Shown in pieces: positions 1 through 10,907 of a stretch of DNA of 64,000 nucleotides. The stretch comes from Dehalococcoidia bacterium. GTDB lineage: Bacteria; Chloroflexota; Dehalococcoidia; Plut-88900. Numbering within the stretch: the stretch's first letter is position 1; each line of letters begins with the position of its first letter. The stretch is taken from contig CBDFLQ010000005.1 in the NCBI GenBank assembly GCA_965249275.1, positions 352,001 to 416,000 of the forward strand. Direction: 5' to 3'. The notes under the pieces were generated by a model. That model made no database searches. It was not told where the DNA came from and saw only the letters and a list, made by a program, of their open reading frames with translations. The translations under genes and the position numbers were made by a program.

Positions 1-343
1 AGGTCGGTGACTCTTGGGCAGGGGCGGGAGGCCAACCTGCGATGACCCCACGTGTCTTTTAGCTAGGCGGACGAGGTGAGTGGGGTGTTCTCGTCCACAA
101 GACGCTTGGCTCGACCATTCGGAGGAATGGGAGCACGAACCCGCTGCCGTCGTCTACCGAACGGAACTCTCGGATGGTGACGACGGTGGAGTCCCATAAG
201 GGCTCGATGGCCCTTAGCAAGCCCTGCATAGGCGGGCTGTTATATTTCGCTGAGCTATGCGCATAGCTTAGACTCGAACGCGCCGGGTGAAGGGTGCGTC
301 GAGTAGGCCGGTCTCGCAAGCCTACATGCTGCTTAGAGTCGAT

Positions 344-600
344 GGACCTCCCATCGCCTGATGGGTGGGGGAAGGTTGAGCCGGGGCCTTAGGTATGAGG
401 AGATGGCGGCTTTCGCTTGAGCCGTGGGGCGGTGTGGGCCGCCCTTTGGGATGGGCTGGGACGTTGAGTCCTCGTGTGGGCCGGGGATGGTGTTCCCCCT
501 GGGTTGTGGTTCCTCCTTGGGTTTTGGGTGAGTGACGGGCCAGTCGAGGATGAATATAGTACATGTGTACAAGTCTGGTCAAGGGGTTGGTGTCACTTTC
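344..600 (-). repeat. ~260-bp dispersed non-coding element, copy 1 (diverged copy 2 at ~19768-20022), carrying a leftward promoter
   Basis: Long colinear similarity with 19768-20022, e.g. GGTATGAGGAGATGGCGGC and TGTGGTTCCTCCTTGGGTTT; minus-strand TTGACC-18nt-TATATT with GTAC-N4-GTAC in the spacer. Confidence 0.8.
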
Positions 601-691
601 GGGCCTCACTCAGCTATGACGTCTATTGGCCTGGACGCACTGAGGCTCCTACAATGAAGGCCGAGCGGCAGTATCCTGACTGCATCAGATC

Positions 692-1489
692 ATGATTGCT
701 TCCAATCTTCAAAGGGTTGTCCACAACGCGCTTGGCCCGGAACCCGACTCACGGGTCGGCAAAGTCCTATCGGTGTCCCTGACTGCCCTAATTGTCTTGA
801 ACATCACCGCTCTGGTTTTCGAAACAGTCGATGAGATTCACGACCTATCGCCGCGGGCCTTTGGGGTCTTCGAGGCCGTGTCAGTGGGCGTGTTCACAAT
901 CGAGTATCTGCTGCGGGTTTGGAGCTGTGTCGCCGACCCAAGATATTCCCACCCGATATCAGGACGATTGAGATTCATCGCATCTCCCCTAGCCCTCGTA
1001 GACTTGATAGCCATACTCCCTTTCTACGCAGCCCTACTCAACCTTTTTGGGCTGGACTTCAGAGTATTGCGGGCAGCCCGACTCATGGGACGCGCAGCTA
1101 GGTTGGGGCAATATTCCTCCGGTCTACGAACCCTTGGACGAGTCGTGCAAGCCAAGAGAACCGAACTGGTAACGGTAATAATGGTGCTATCGCTTCTCCT
1201 GCTGCTGTCATCCTCCTTGATGTTCTACGCCGAAAATGACGCTCAACCTGACGTCTTCTCCAGCATACCGGAGACCATGTGGTCGGGAATCATTACTCTG
1301 ACTACAGTCGGCTATGGCGACGCATACCCGATAACGGCGGTGGGACGTACGCTAGCGGGGTTGATGGCGGTCTTGGGAATAGGTCTTTTCGCCCTACCCG
1401 CCGGTATCCTGGGGTCGGGCTTCATTGAAGAGGTGCAGCATCGGGTGGGGCGGGGTAAGACGTGCCCTCATTGTGGGGAGCAACTATAA
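692..1489 (+). CDS. Voltage-gated potassium channel / ion transporter
   Basis: Six-TM pattern, Arg-rich S4 (FRVLRAARLMGRAAR), pore signature TTVGYGD, C-terminal CPHCG. Confidence 0.92.
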   Translation: MIASNLQRVVHNALGPEPDSRVGKVLSVSLTALIVLNITALVFETVDEIHDLSPRAFGVFEAVSVGVFTIEYLLRVWSCVADPRYSHPISGRLRFIASPLALVDLIAILPFYAALLNLFGLDFRVLRAARLMGRAARLGQYSSGLRTLGRVVQAKRTELVTVIMVLSLLLLLSSSLMFYAENDAQPDVFSSIPETMWSGIITLTTVGYGDAYPITAVGRTLAGLMAVLGIGLFALPAGILGSGFIEEVQHRVGRGKTCPHCGEQL

Positions 1490-1581
1490 CGAATAATCCC
1501 ACGAAATCTAAGCAATGAGGGACGGGGACCAAAATCAAGTAGAGGCGACCGTTCAACCTCTGTGCGGAAGGATACAGAGTA

Positions 1582-2070
1582 ATGGTATTTAAGTGGATCA
1601 AAGATATATTTGTAGGCGACTCTGGTGACGAGCCCACAAAAAGGGGTAGCTCTCAACGCATGAACATCGACATAGCATCCTTTAGCCGGGGCGATTATGT
1701 GGTTGACATTGTTGGGGAGTCTCACTACGTTGATGCACTTAAACGCGCCAAACAAGGAGCAGAAAAGGACGGGAGCAAGAACGTTGTCACCACTGTCCTT
1801 GTGCGAGAGCCCGACAACAAGTTCGATAAGAACGCGATACAAGTATGTGCAGTTGTGAACGAAGAAATGGAACCTGTAGGATATCTGAGTCGCAACACAG
1901 CTCGGGACTACCGCAAGGCCGTAGACCTGTGGCAAAGAAAGGGATACTTCGTCAGCTGCAAGGCTGCATTATTCAGCAGTGAGGGAAGGAAGGCCAATAT
2001 AGGCGTTTGGCTGGACTTACCCACCCCCGATGAGATCGAAAAGGACTATGCTCAGCAATTCCCTGGCTAA
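1582..2070 (+). CDS. HIRAN domain-containing protein
   Basis: IVGESHY...LVREPDNKFDKNAIQV...VGYLSR matches the HIRAN motif. Confidence 0.8.
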   Translation: MVFKWIKDIFVGDSGDEPTKRGSSQRMNIDIASFSRGDYVVDIVGESHYVDALKRAKQGAEKDGSKNVVTTVLVREPDNKFDKNAIQVCAVVNEEMEPVGYLSRNTARDYRKAVDLWQRKGYFVSCKAALFSSEGRKANIGVWLDLPTPDEIEKDYAQQFPG

Positions 2071-2314
2071 ACTAAGGCATCCAGCGACAGCTCTCTGCCT
2101 ATTGATAGAAGAATTCCTTTGGGACTTTGGCCGCGTCTAGCGAAGGAAGGCGACCAGCCGGTCACCCCTACGTGGAAGGAAGCCATTCCAATTGGACAAT
2201 GCTTCGACGGAATCAGGATGCGTGGCCCCTTGGCTTGGACTCACGCCAGCACAGCGTCTTCGGCAGGGTCGGGGATGATGGGGAGGGTGTAATGAGAGAC
2301 GTGTGTGGGCAAGT

Positions 2315-2575
2315 CCTAGATTCCTCGCGGGACCTCGGAATGACAGGGGAGAATAGGGTGGGGTGGCGTCGGGCGGACGCGACTGATTGGCAGCGCGGGG
2401 CCTCCCCCCGCTCGACCCTTCGATCCGCCTCGGCGGACTTTCAGCTAGCTCAGGGTGAGCGGCCCCACCCAGGGCAACAACGAGGGTTTGCCCCTACGGG
2501 GGAGGGGATGGATTCCGGCTCGGGGGCCGGAATGATCCACCTAAGGCGGACAGGCTCCCCTAGGATGGAATGGGG
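2315..2575. repeat. Cluster of REP-like palindromes (families C, B with nested E, and D)
   Basis: CCTAGATTCCTCGCGGGACCTCGGAATGACA, CCGCTCGACCCTTCG...CTCAGGGTGAGCGG and GGATTCCGGCTCGGGGGCCGGAATGA all recur elsewhere in the window. Confidence 0.75.
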
Positions 2576-2578
2576 GGG

Positions 2579-4054
2579 TTAGGGGTAGAAGAGTTTTTCG
2601 GCGGCTTTGGTTAGGTCTGGGCGGAAGTTGGGGTGGGCGATGTTGATTAGCTCTCGGGCGCGTTCTCTGTTGGACTTGCCTAAAAGCTGAGCAACGCCGT
2701 ACTCGGTGATGATGGTGTCGGCGAAGGTGCGGGGTACGCTGACTATGGTGCCTTCCTCGTGCTGGGGGACGATTCTCGAGGATATGCCACCCAGGGCCGT
2801 AGACCTGAGCAGGGTGATGCCTCGGCCACCCCTGGACATAACCGCTCCCATCTGGAAGTCGAACTGACCGCCGGTGCCGCTCATCAGTCGACCCCCGAAA
2901 ACGGTCTCGGCGTTAATCTGGCCGGTCAGGTCGACGGAGAGGGCGTTGTTTATGGAGACCATGTTGTCGTTGAGGGCGGCGGTGGTGGCTTTAGCGACGT
3001 AGTCGACATCAAGCTGCTCGATGAGGGGGTTCTCGTGAGCGTAGTCCAGCTCTTTGTAGGTGGACCCGAGCAGTGCCCCGAATATGGCCTTGTCCTTGTG
3101 GAGCGTCTTGCGGGCCCCGGTGATCACGCCCCGCCTTATCAGGTCGATCACACCCGGAATGCCCATTTCAGAGTGCCAGCCCAGGTCTTTCCTGTCGTCG
3201 AAGGCGCCGACAGTGGCGAGGAAGCGGCTCGGGGTTCCGGTACCGATCTGCAGGGTGGTTCCGTCTTTCACGAGCTCCGAAACGTAACCAGCGATTGTCT
3301 TGGCGTCCTCTGAGGGCTCGATCCAGCACTGGTACGCAGCGAAACGCTGGATCTGCTTCACGTCTCTCGACACCAGGTGAGGGAGGTGTTCGGAACGGTC
3401 TCGGGGGTCCATGTTGGGGACGAACTCGTCCAGGAGCGCACGCACATCTTCGTCTTCCACCGAGGCCAGCAAGTCCGAAGCCTGGGCATCGGACAGCTGA
3501 ACGGGCGTGTTCTCGACGAACTTGTCTATCTCCGAGACGTGGACGTAGTTGTGCCCGTAGGTCCGAATCTGCGAGCTATCTACCTGGGCGATGACCTTCT
3601 TCGAACGCCTGACAAAGCCACGCTTGTTCCAGAGGTGCCCGCCGAAGCTGCAGTAGCCGTTGGCGTCGGGGGGAGAGGTGACGACCATGAAGACGTCCAT
3701 GGGGGGCACGTCGCCGAAGTCGGTCGAATAGCGCTGGAACTGGGTGGAGAAGATCATGGGGATGTAGTCGACGATGCGGCGGTCGAGGGCGGAGCGGCCC
3801 ATCTCTCCGAGGATCTGCTCGATGGTCACGGTGAAAGAGTCGCTCCAGCTGGGGTCGAACCAGCCGGGGTCTTCGATGGGAGCGTCGCAGGTTATCAGGA
3901 TGTCCTTAAGCTCGTCGCGGCGCGCGGCAAGGGCGTGGATTAGGGAGTCGGGGTGTGGGTAGATGGGGATGTAGACCCGGTCGCCGGAGTTGACGAGTTG
4001 GACGGCCTCCTCGGGGGAGACTAGGTTGCGGTTATAGTGGTCTTGCCAGGTCAC
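2579..4054 (-). CDS. Acetyl-CoA hydrolase / 4-hydroxybutyrate CoA-transferase family protein
   Basis: Motifs TLQIGTG, HSEM, INNALSVDLTGQ, SGTGGQFDF, ITEYGVAQLLGK. Confidence 0.9.
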   Translation of the reverse strand: MTWQDHYNRNLVSPEEAVQLVNSGDRVYIPIYPHPDSLIHALAARRDELKDILITCDAPIEDPGWFDPSWSDSFTVTIEQILGEMGRSALDRRIVDYIPMIFSTQFQRYSTDFGDVPPMDVFMVVTSPPDANGYCSFGGHLWNKRGFVRRSKKVIAQVDSSQIRTYGHNYVHVSEIDKFVENTPVQLSDAQASDLLASVEDEDVRALLDEFVPNMDPRDRSEHLPHLVSRDVKQIQRFAAYQCWIEPSEDAKTIAGYVSELVKDGTTLQIGTGTPSRFLATVGAFDDRKDLGWHSEMGIPGVIDLIRRGVITGARKTLHKDKAIFGALLGSTYKELDYAHENPLIEQLDVDYVAKATTAALNDNMVSINNALSVDLTGQINAETVFGGRLMSGTGGQFDFQMGAVMSRGGRGITLLRSTALGGISSRIVPQHEEGTIVSVPRTFADTIITEYGVAQLLGKSNRERARELINIAHPNFRPDLTKAAEKLFYP

Positions 4055-4120
4055 GGGAGTCTAACTTTCTTGGTGGGCCGTTTAGCTAACTTCGTAGGCT
4101 GCTCATTTGAAGCCCAGTTT

Positions 4121-4166
4121 CACCCTCACCCTAGCCCTCTCCCGTCGAGGGAGAGGGGACAGGACC
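4121..4166. repeat. REP-like palindrome family A (IS481 target)
   Basis: CACCCTCACCCTAGCCCTCTCCC(A/G)TCGAGGGAGAGGGGA; also at ~10672, 15964/17274, 24397, 39058 and 47321. Confidence 0.85.
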
Positions 4167-5467
4167 GGTACAGACCGGGCAGAAAGGTAACACATAAACC
4201 GGGGACATGGGTAACACATCGTGGGATTGTATTAGGCAATCCCAGAGGAGGAAGATGTGTTGCCTTGGAAAGACACGAGCATAGAATCGGAGCGGTTGCA
4301 GTTCATCGAGCGTCACACTGCGGGAGAGGAGACTATTGCTGAGCTGTGCCGCCGGTCCGGGATCAGCCGCAAGACGGGCTACAAGATAATCGGCCGATAC
4401 GAGGCGTATGGTGAGGACGGTCTACTTGACCTAAGCCGGGCTCCTCACAGCCATCCCAACGCCACTTCCATAGAGGTGGCTAAGCGTATCATCGAGGCGA
4501 AGCGCACCCATCCCACATGGGGCCCGAAGAAGATCGTCGCCTGGTTGCATTCCATCGAGCCCTACGTGCCCTGGCCTTCCTCCAGTACTGCGGGCGCCAT
4601 ACTGGACCGTGTGGGTCTGGTGAGGCGGCGCAAGCGGCGGCGCAGGGCTACACGCTGGGGCGAGCCCTTCGCCCACGCCCGGCACCCCAATGACGTGTGG
4701 GCCATCGACCTGAAGGGCTGGTTCCGCACGGATGACGGAATGCGGATAGACCCCCTTACAGCCCAGGACGCCATGTCCCGCTACTTACTGGTATGCGACC
4801 CTCTCGACCGCCCTGCCGGCCCGGAAGTCAAGCGCTCTCTGGAGAGAACCTTCCGAGAGTACGGCATCCCTCGGGCCATACGCACCGACAATGGTCCGCC
4901 CTTCGCCAGTGTGGGTCTGGGCAGCCTCTCACCACTCTCAGCATGGTGGGTCAAGCTCGGGATCGTACCCGAACGCATAGAGCCCGGTCACCCCGAACAG
5001 AATGGACGCATCGAGCGCCTTCACCGGACCCTCAAGGCCGAGACCGCAACACCTCCAAAGGCCAACTGGAGACGACAACGCAGAGCCCTCGAACGCTTCA
5101 GACACACCTACAACTTCGAGAGGCCACATGAGGCCCTGGGGCAGCAACCACCAAGCCGGCTGTACACGCCCTCGATCAGACCCTATCCCACACGTATCAG
5201 CTCGCCCGAGTACAACGCCGGTGTCACCGTACGTAGTGTCCGCAGCAACGGACAGATCAAGTGGAAGGGAGATATGCTCTACGTGAGCGAGTCCCTCAAG
5301 GGCGAACCCATCGGCCTGGTCCAGATAGACGAACGAACCTGGTCCATACAGTTCGGGCCACTCATCATCGGACTCCTTGATGACCCCACCAGAAGGGTCG
5401 ACAAAACCCCAGTCAAAGTGTTACCTATGTCCTCGGTCTAACTGTTACCCATGTCCCCGGTCGTACA
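4167..5467 (+). mobile_element. IS481-family insertion sequence, copy 1 (1301 bp)
   Basis: Ends GGTACAGACCGGG... and ...CCCCGGTCGTACA; repeated subterminal GGTAACA motifs; flanking GACC duplication; matches 15973-17273 in reverse orientation. Confidence 0.93.
4257..5441 (+). CDS. IS481-family DDE transposase
   Basis: N-terminal HTH; WAIDLKG, IRTDNGPPF and PEQNGRIERLHRTLK rve core. Confidence 0.95.
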   Translation: MLPWKDTSIESERLQFIERHTAGEETIAELCRRSGISRKTGYKIIGRYEAYGEDGLLDLSRAPHSHPNATSIEVAKRIIEAKRTHPTWGPKKIVAWLHSIEPYVPWPSSSTAGAILDRVGLVRRRKRRRRATRWGEPFAHARHPNDVWAIDLKGWFRTDDGMRIDPLTAQDAMSRYLLVCDPLDRPAGPEVKRSLERTFREYGIPRAIRTDNGPPFASVGLGSLSPLSAWWVKLGIVPERIEPGHPEQNGRIERLHRTLKAETATPPKANWRRQRRALERFRHTYNFERPHEALGQQPPSRLYTPSIRPYPTRISSPEYNAGVTVRSVRSNGQIKWKGDMLYVSESLKGEPIGLVQIDERTWSIQFGPLIIGLLDDPTRRVDKTPVKVLPMSSV

Positions 5468-5582
5468 GACCCCCCGCTCATACTTCGAGTGCCTCAGCAC
5501 GAGCGGCCCAGGCCCCACCATGAGAAGTTAGGCAAAGGTTACGCCTCGGCGCATCTGCGACTCATTGAGCAAGGAGGGGATG

Positions 5583-6221
5583 CTAGTAGCGGACTCGGCC
5601 GGGGAAGGTTAGGTTCCAGAAGGTGGCGGTGGGCTTGACCTCGAAGAGGTGCCAGAAGTTCTTGATGTTGTTGGGGTAGACTTCGCGCTCGAAGCGCTCC
5701 CAGTCTTCCTTGGAGTCCCAGCCCGTGACCTGAGAGCCGACCCTATCCTCCTCGGTCGAAAGGAGGACGCATACGAACCGGTTCCCGGGGGCTGCCACCA
5801 GTGGAGCCATGACCTCTCCCCTGTAGTGGCCGGCCACCGTTTCCACCTGCCCCTCGTGGAGCTTGAAGCGGCTGGTCCTGACGTACATAGGCGAGGGGTT
5901 GGCGAGGGAGTTTTCGTTGATCTGGAGGGTGCCGGGCCACCTGGTCTCCCAGTAATTCACCTCGAAAGGCCCGTCGAAACCGTCCTTCCATCGGGCGTAG
6001 AGGGTGGGACGCACCTCGCTTTCGAAGTGGTCGCAGTCTTCCTTGGATTCCCACGCGCTGACGAACAACCCGTTCTGCTCATCATCGGGCGAGGTCATGA
6101 CGGCGAAGAGTCGGTTGCCGGGGGCTGCGGTAATGGGGCCCATCATCTGTTCACGGATGCCGGATTTTAGGTCGGCGAGGCCCTCGGGGGTCAGGCGGTA
6201 CCTGCTGGTGCGTACGTACAT
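5583..6221 (-). CDS. Tandem ABM (antibiotic biosynthesis monooxygenase)-like dimeric alpha/beta barrel protein
   Basis: Two internal ~100-aa repeats MYVRTSR...APGNR...W(E/D)SKED. Confidence 0.7.
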   Translation of the reverse strand: MYVRTSRYRLTPEGLADLKSGIREQMMGPITAAPGNRLFAVMTSPDDEQNGLFVSAWESKEDCDHFESEVRPTLYARWKDGFDGPFEVNYWETRWPGTLQINENSLANPSPMYVRTSRFKLHEGQVETVAGHYRGEVMAPLVAAPGNRFVCVLLSTEEDRVGSQVTGWDSKEDWERFEREVYPNNIKNFWHLFEVKPTATFWNLTFPGRVRY

Positions 6222-6243
6222 GGCTCTCCGTCCAGTCTTTCGA

Positions 6244-6879
6244 TTAGAAATTGGCGATCACGGGAAACTTGATGGTCCAGAAGGTGGCTACAGGAGGCTC
6301 TTCGAAGACGTGCTCCACCTTTCCGAAGATCTCCGGGAACACGTTGTTGAGATAGTTGTCGCAGGCCTCCTTGGAGTCCCATCCCGAAACCTGGGACCCG
6401 ACCCTTTCCTCCTCCGCCGAATGGAGCACGAAGAGGAATCGGCTGCCCGGCTGGGTCACCACGGGCTGAACAACTTCCTCATCGAAGTTGTTATATACGT
6501 GAGAGACGCCCTCGGGCTTGAACTTGAAGCGGCTGGTGCGGAGGTAGCAGTTCGGGCCGGCGGCCTGCAGCGGGTTGAACTCGAGCCTGCCGGGCCAGTT
6601 AATCTCCCAGAATTTCGGGGTGGGGGGCTCGTCGAAGACCCACTTCCACTCCTCCCACACGGCGGGGTAAACCTCGTTCAGGTAGCGGTCGCAGGCTTCC
6701 CTCGAGTCCCAGCCGCTCATTTGCCGGACTTCGAGAGGGTTGTCGGCGTTCATGAGGACGGCGCAGAAGCGGCCGCCGGGGCTGTCGAGTATCGGGCCGG
6801 CCACGTTGGTCTGATAGCCCTTTTCTACGGAGGGAATGGACTCCGCCTTAAGTAAGGCCCGTCTATCCATAACGAACAT
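6244..6879 (-). CDS. Tandem ABM-like protein, paralog of 5583-6221
   Basis: Two repeats with PGxRF...SGWDS(R/K)EACD; shares EEDRVGSQVTGWDSKE-like segment with its neighbour. Confidence 0.7.
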   Translation of the reverse strand: MFVMDRRALLKAESIPSVEKGYQTNVAGPILDSPGGRFCAVLMNADNPLEVRQMSGWDSREACDRYLNEVYPAVWEEWKWVFDEPPTPKFWEINWPGRLEFNPLQAAGPNCYLRTSRFKFKPEGVSHVYNNFDEEVVQPVVTQPGSRFLFVLHSAEEERVGSQVSGWDSKEACDNYLNNVFPEIFGKVEHVFEEPPVATFWTIKFPVIANF

Positions 6880-6944
6880 ATTAAGCTCCCTGGCGCCTGA
6901 GTCTCGGGATTAGAATGGCGGGGTCATTGTAGCACGGGGGTTGG

Positions 6945-8609
6945 TTAGCCGGGCCCCGGCTCCGGGGCCGCTTCCTTAGCGAAATGGTGCCTCTTACGCA
7001 GCGGTATCTCCTTCAACCCAACCAGGACTACGGCACCGAGCACCGCAAACACCGCCGCCACGATGAAAACCTCCTGAATCGACGATGCCAGGCTCTCTCT
7101 CATGGCCTCCACCACCGACTCCAGAACTGCGCTCTCGCCGAGCCCTTCCAGCCGCTCCTCCAGCATGGTGCGGGCCTCAGGGCTGATGAGGGCGTTGGGG
7201 TCACCGAGGTCTTCGGTCAGCGCTGTGCCCATCAGCTCACGGGTCTCGGGGGAGAGGTTGGCGGCGAGGTGGGTCGAGAGCCGTGAGGCCAGCAGCGAGC
7301 CCATCACCGCCACGCCCAGTGAACCGCCGATACTCCTGAAGAACTGGACGAAGGCGGTGACCAGCCCCATGAGTCCGTAGGGAAACGCATTTTGCACCAC
7401 TATGGTGAACAGGGGGAAGGTTATTCCCAGTCCCGCGCCCACTATCACCATGTTCCTGGCCATCACGCCGCTGGACGTGGTGCTGTCCATCGTCGCCAGC
7501 AGAATCACCCCTGTCGTCATCACGCCCATGCCGAGCAGGGCGAGGTATCTATAGCGGCTCCAACGGGACAGGGCCAGCCCTGCCAAGGTGCTGCTGACAA
7601 CCGCGCCGAGCATCATCGGCGTGAGCACCAGCCCCGAGTTGGTGGCGGAGTCACCGAGTACACCCTGCCCGAAGAGGGGGACGAATATGATGATCCCGAA
7701 CATAGTCATTCCGCTGAAGAACGTTGACACTGCGACCACGGTGAATATCCGGTTCTTAAAGAGCGAGAGGGGGAGGAGCGGTTCCGGGGCGCGGGTCTCG
7801 ATTAATAGGAACATCAGGAGCATCGCGGCTCCAAAAGCCAGCGACACAATGACCTGAGGCGAGCCCCACGGGTATTGCTGCCCGGCCAGGGAGACGCCCA
7901 GCATCAACGGGAGCAGCCCACCGATCAGTGCTGCAGCGCCCCAGTAGTCGACCTTCTGGTTTATACCTGTCCGGGACATCGCTGGCATGGCGGCGATGAG
8001 GGCAATCAGCGCTGCGCCGCCCACGGGCAGGTTTATGTAGAAAATCCAACGCCAGCTGAGGGTGTCGGTGAGGTAACCGCCGACGAGGGGGCCGACGATG
8101 CTGGCTATCCCAAAGACGGCGCCGATTAACCCCTGCCACTTTCCTCGCTCGGCGGGAGGGAAGATGTCACCGATGACGGTGAAGGTGTTGGACATCAAGA
8201 CAGCCGCCCCGGCCCCCTGAACTCCCCGGAAGATGATGAGCTGCAGCATGTTCTGGGATACGCCAGCCAAGGCCGAGCCCAACAGGAACACCGCTATCCC
8301 GATAATGAACAGCAGCCTTCGGCCGTAGATGTCCGACATCCGGCCCACAACCGGCACCAGGGAAGTCGACATTACGAGGTACGCGGCAACAACCCACGAT
8401 ATCTGACTGATGCCACCGAGGTCGGTGACGATTCGCGGCAAGGCCGTCGCCACGATGGTCATGTCGAGGGCGGCGAGGAACAGGCACATCATCGTGCCGA
8501 GGAGGATGAAGACGATGCGGGTTCTACTGAGTCTTCCGACAGAGGACAAGGCCGACGTCGCGTCTGACTGCTCGGTGGGTCCAGTCTTTTGCGCGTCCGA
8601 CTTGTTCAT
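6945..8609 (-). CDS. MFS transporter, DHA2 (EmrB/QacA) family
   Basis: [36 protein letters not shown]; about 14 TM; start placed at MNKSD. Confidence 0.92.
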   Translation of the reverse strand: MNKSDAQKTGPTEQSDATSALSSVGRLSRTRIVFILLGTMMCLFLAALDMTIVATALPRIVTDLGGISQISWVVAAYLVMSTSLVPVVGRMSDIYGRRLLFIIGIAVFLLGSALAGVSQNMLQLIIFRGVQGAGAAVLMSNTFTVIGDIFPPAERGKWQGLIGAVFGIASIVGPLVGGYLTDTLSWRWIFYINLPVGGAALIALIAAMPAMSRTGINQKVDYWGAAALIGGLLPLMLGVSLAGQQYPWGSPQVIVSLAFGAAMLLMFLLIETRAPEPLLPLSLFKNRIFTVVAVSTFFSGMTMFGIIIFVPLFGQGVLGDSATNSGLVLTPMMLGAVVSSTLAGLALSRWSRYRYLALLGMGVMTTGVILLATMDSTTSSGVMARNMVIVGAGLGITFPLFTIVVQNAFPYGLMGLVTAFVQFFRSIGGSLGVAVMGSLLASRLSTHLAANLSPETRELMGTALTEDLGDPNALISPEARTMLEERLEGLGESAVLESVVEAMRESLASSIQEVFIVAAVFAVLGAVVLVGLKEIPLRKRHHFAKEAAPEPGPG

Positions 8610-8720
8610 ATCTCTCCGGCTGCTGAAGCGGGTAAGGGCCACAGCGATGCTACGACGCCGGGGTCGGCAAGTCAAAATCCGAATTGCCGGTGCTATCATG
8701 CGGCCAAAGTCAGCCACATT

Positions 8721-8852
8721 GAGACCTTTGCATAATTACGTATTGCTTCTGTTGTACTATCCAGATCACACGACTTCCACCCCCCGCTCATACTTCGAGA
8801 GCCTCAGCACGAGCGGCCCCGGCCCCTCCAACACTAGTTATGAAAAGGTGTC
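8721..8852. mobile_element. Putative MITE with GAGACCTTTGCATAA-type termini containing a family B REP
   Basis: Left end GAGACCTTTGCATAA, right end TTATGAAAAGGTGTC; related elements at 10699-10829 and 47389-47508. Confidence 0.6.
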
Positions 8853-8859
8853 CGACGGG

Positions 8860-10425
8860 ATGCAGAGTCTCTTCAAAGAAATTCCGAGGCTGGTACTGCA
8901 TAACGCTAACGTGATAACCCTGAACCCGAGCGCGCCGCGGGCCACGGGGGTTGTGTGCGAGGGCGGGGTGATCACATCAACATCGGACGTGGACGTACGA
9001 CTGGCACTCCGATCCGGGGAGTACGATGAGATTGACTGTGAGGGGCGTACAGCGCTTCCCGGTTTCATCGATGCTCACGTGCATTTTTTGGCCTATGCCT
9101 CGTCTCTGACCAGTGTCGACTGTTCGCCCCAGGCTGTAGCCTCCATCCTCGACATCACAGCCGCCCTCAGCGAGCGTGCCAAGAGAACCCCGGAGGGCGA
9201 ATGGGTGCGGGGGGCGGGTTATGACGAGTTCCGGCTCCGAGAGAAGCGGCATCCGACCCGTTGGGACCTCGATCCTTGCCTTCCCGACCATCCCGTCAAG
9301 CTCGGGCATAGGTCGGGGCACGGGACGGTGTTGAACAGCCGGGCTTTGGACTTGGCCGGGATCAGTATTGAGACACCCGAACCAATCGCCGGTTTTATAG
9401 ACCGGGACATCAACACGGGAGAGCCCACGGGCCTGTTCATAGATTTAGACGACTGGCTGGACGAGCGGCTCGGGCCCCAGCCTCGGGGCGAGGAGATGGA
9501 ACCTGCCGCCCGTCAAGCCGCCGAGGTCTTCCTATCCAAGGGAATCACTTCCTTTCACGACGCATCTCCGTGCAACTCCCTCAAACGGTGGAGCTTCTTT
9601 CAGTCGTTGGTCTCGGGCCCCGGGCCTTTCCCCCGTGCAACCATCATGCCCGGCTTCCAGCACTTGAGGGAGTTCGTCGGGGCGGGGCTAGGGTTTGGGG
9701 AGGGGGATGACAGGCTGCGGGTCGGGCATTGCAAGATCGTGCTATCACAGGCGGGTGGGACACTGCAACCTTCGCCTCTGGAGCTCAGGGAGGCCGTGCG
9801 GGAGGCGGCGGCGGTCGGGTTCCCGGTGGCAATTCACGCCGTGGAGGAGGCGGAGGTAGAGGCCGCCATCAAGGCCATTGAGTCCATCGATGCTCCCGGC
9901 CTGGCTCACCGGATTGAGCATGCGTCCATCTGTCCCCCGTCCCTCATAGCGAGGATGAAGGCGAGGAACGTAACCGTCGTGACCCAACCCGCCTTCGTCT
10001 ACCACAGTGGGGACAGGTACCTTGCCGAGCTGCCCGAAAGAGACATCGCCAACCTCTATCCGCTAAGGGCATGGTTGGACTCGGGGCTCAGTGTTGCAGC
10101 CTCGTCGGATGCTCCGGTGACGCCACCCGACCCGCTTCTCGGGATCCAGGCCGCAGTATTGCGCAGGGCTCGCACGGGCCAACCGGTCTCCCGAGAGCAA
10201 GGGGTATCCATAGCTGAGGCGATGGCCCTTCACGGTGGCACGGCATCTCATTACGGGGGTCTCGGGGGCCGGGTTGGTGTGGTCAGGAGGGGCGATTTGG
10301 CAGATTTTGTCGTGCTGGACCGGGACCCGATGAGTGTTCCGGCTGAGGAGATCGGTGGGATAGGGGTGTGGGTGACGGTTGTCGGGGGGTGGGGTGGCCT
10401 TCGGGGCCCGGTAGGGGAGGGGTGA
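8860..10425 (+). CDS. Amidohydrolase family 3 (YtcJ-like) metallo-hydrolase
   Basis: LPGFIDAHVH, SGHG, AIHA, HRIEH, SSDAPV, G.LADFVVLDRDP; start placed at MQSLF. Confidence 0.9.
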   Translation: MQSLFKEIPRLVLHNANVITLNPSAPRATGVVCEGGVITSTSDVDVRLALRSGEYDEIDCEGRTALPGFIDAHVHFLAYASSLTSVDCSPQAVASILDITAALSERAKRTPEGEWVRGAGYDEFRLREKRHPTRWDLDPCLPDHPVKLGHRSGHGTVLNSRALDLAGISIETPEPIAGFIDRDINTGEPTGLFIDLDDWLDERLGPQPRGEEMEPAARQAAEVFLSKGITSFHDASPCNSLKRWSFFQSLVSGPGPFPRATIMPGFQHLREFVGAGLGFGEGDDRLRVGHCKIVLSQAGGTLQPSPLELREAVREAAAVGFPVAIHAVEEAEVEAAIKAIESIDAPGLAHRIEHASICPPSLIARMKARNVTVVTQPAFVYHSGDRYLAELPERDIANLYPLRAWLDSGLSVAASSDAPVTPPDPLLGIQAAVLRRARTGQPVSREQGVSIAEAMALHGGTASHYGGLGGRVGVVRRGDLADFVVLDRDPMSVPAEEIGGIGVWVTVVGGWGGLRGPVGEG

Positions 10426-10698
10426 GGCAGGGCCAAGGGTACAAATTGAAGGTGGTACTTTCAAATTGTACTGCGGTCGTCCGATGGCTATCAGAGAATC
10501 TGCGCCCATGTCTCCAAAATCTACCTGATTAGTCCCAAAACCAAGGTCGATTGGGGGGCAAGCGCCCTAGATTCCTCGCGGGGCCTCGGAATGACAGGTA
10601 AATGGGTAGGCTCTACCCTTTAGAGGGACTTTTGGCTTGTGTGGTAAGAAAAAACGCCGATGTTTCGGAACACCCTCACCCTAGCCCTCTCCCATCGA

Positions 10699-10829
10699 GA
10701 GCCCTTTGCGTAACTGGGGTTTGCAGCTTCTCTACCAGCCAGATCGCCTAATCTCCACCCCCGCTCATACTTCGAGAGCCTCAGCACGAGCGGCCCCGGC
10801 CCCTCCAGCACAGGTTATGCAGAGGTCTC
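10699..10829. mobile_element. Putative MITE inserted in the centre of a family A REP
   Basis: GAGCCCTTTGCGTAACT...GGTTATGCAGAGGTCTC, flanked by ATCGA/ATCAA within CCCTCTCCCATCGA|GGAGAGGGGA. Confidence 0.65.
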
Positions 10830-10907
10830 ATCAATGGAGAGGGGATGGGACGCCTCTCAATGTGCCTTTTGGAGGACTACGAAAAGGTGGAGCAAGGCCG
10901 GATATCT

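Noticed and set aside
8410-8859. N-terminal extensions of the amidohydrolase (from 8410) and MFS (from 8717) ORFs
   Set aside because: They overlap each other or run through REP/MITE sequence; downstream ATGs fit family lengths.
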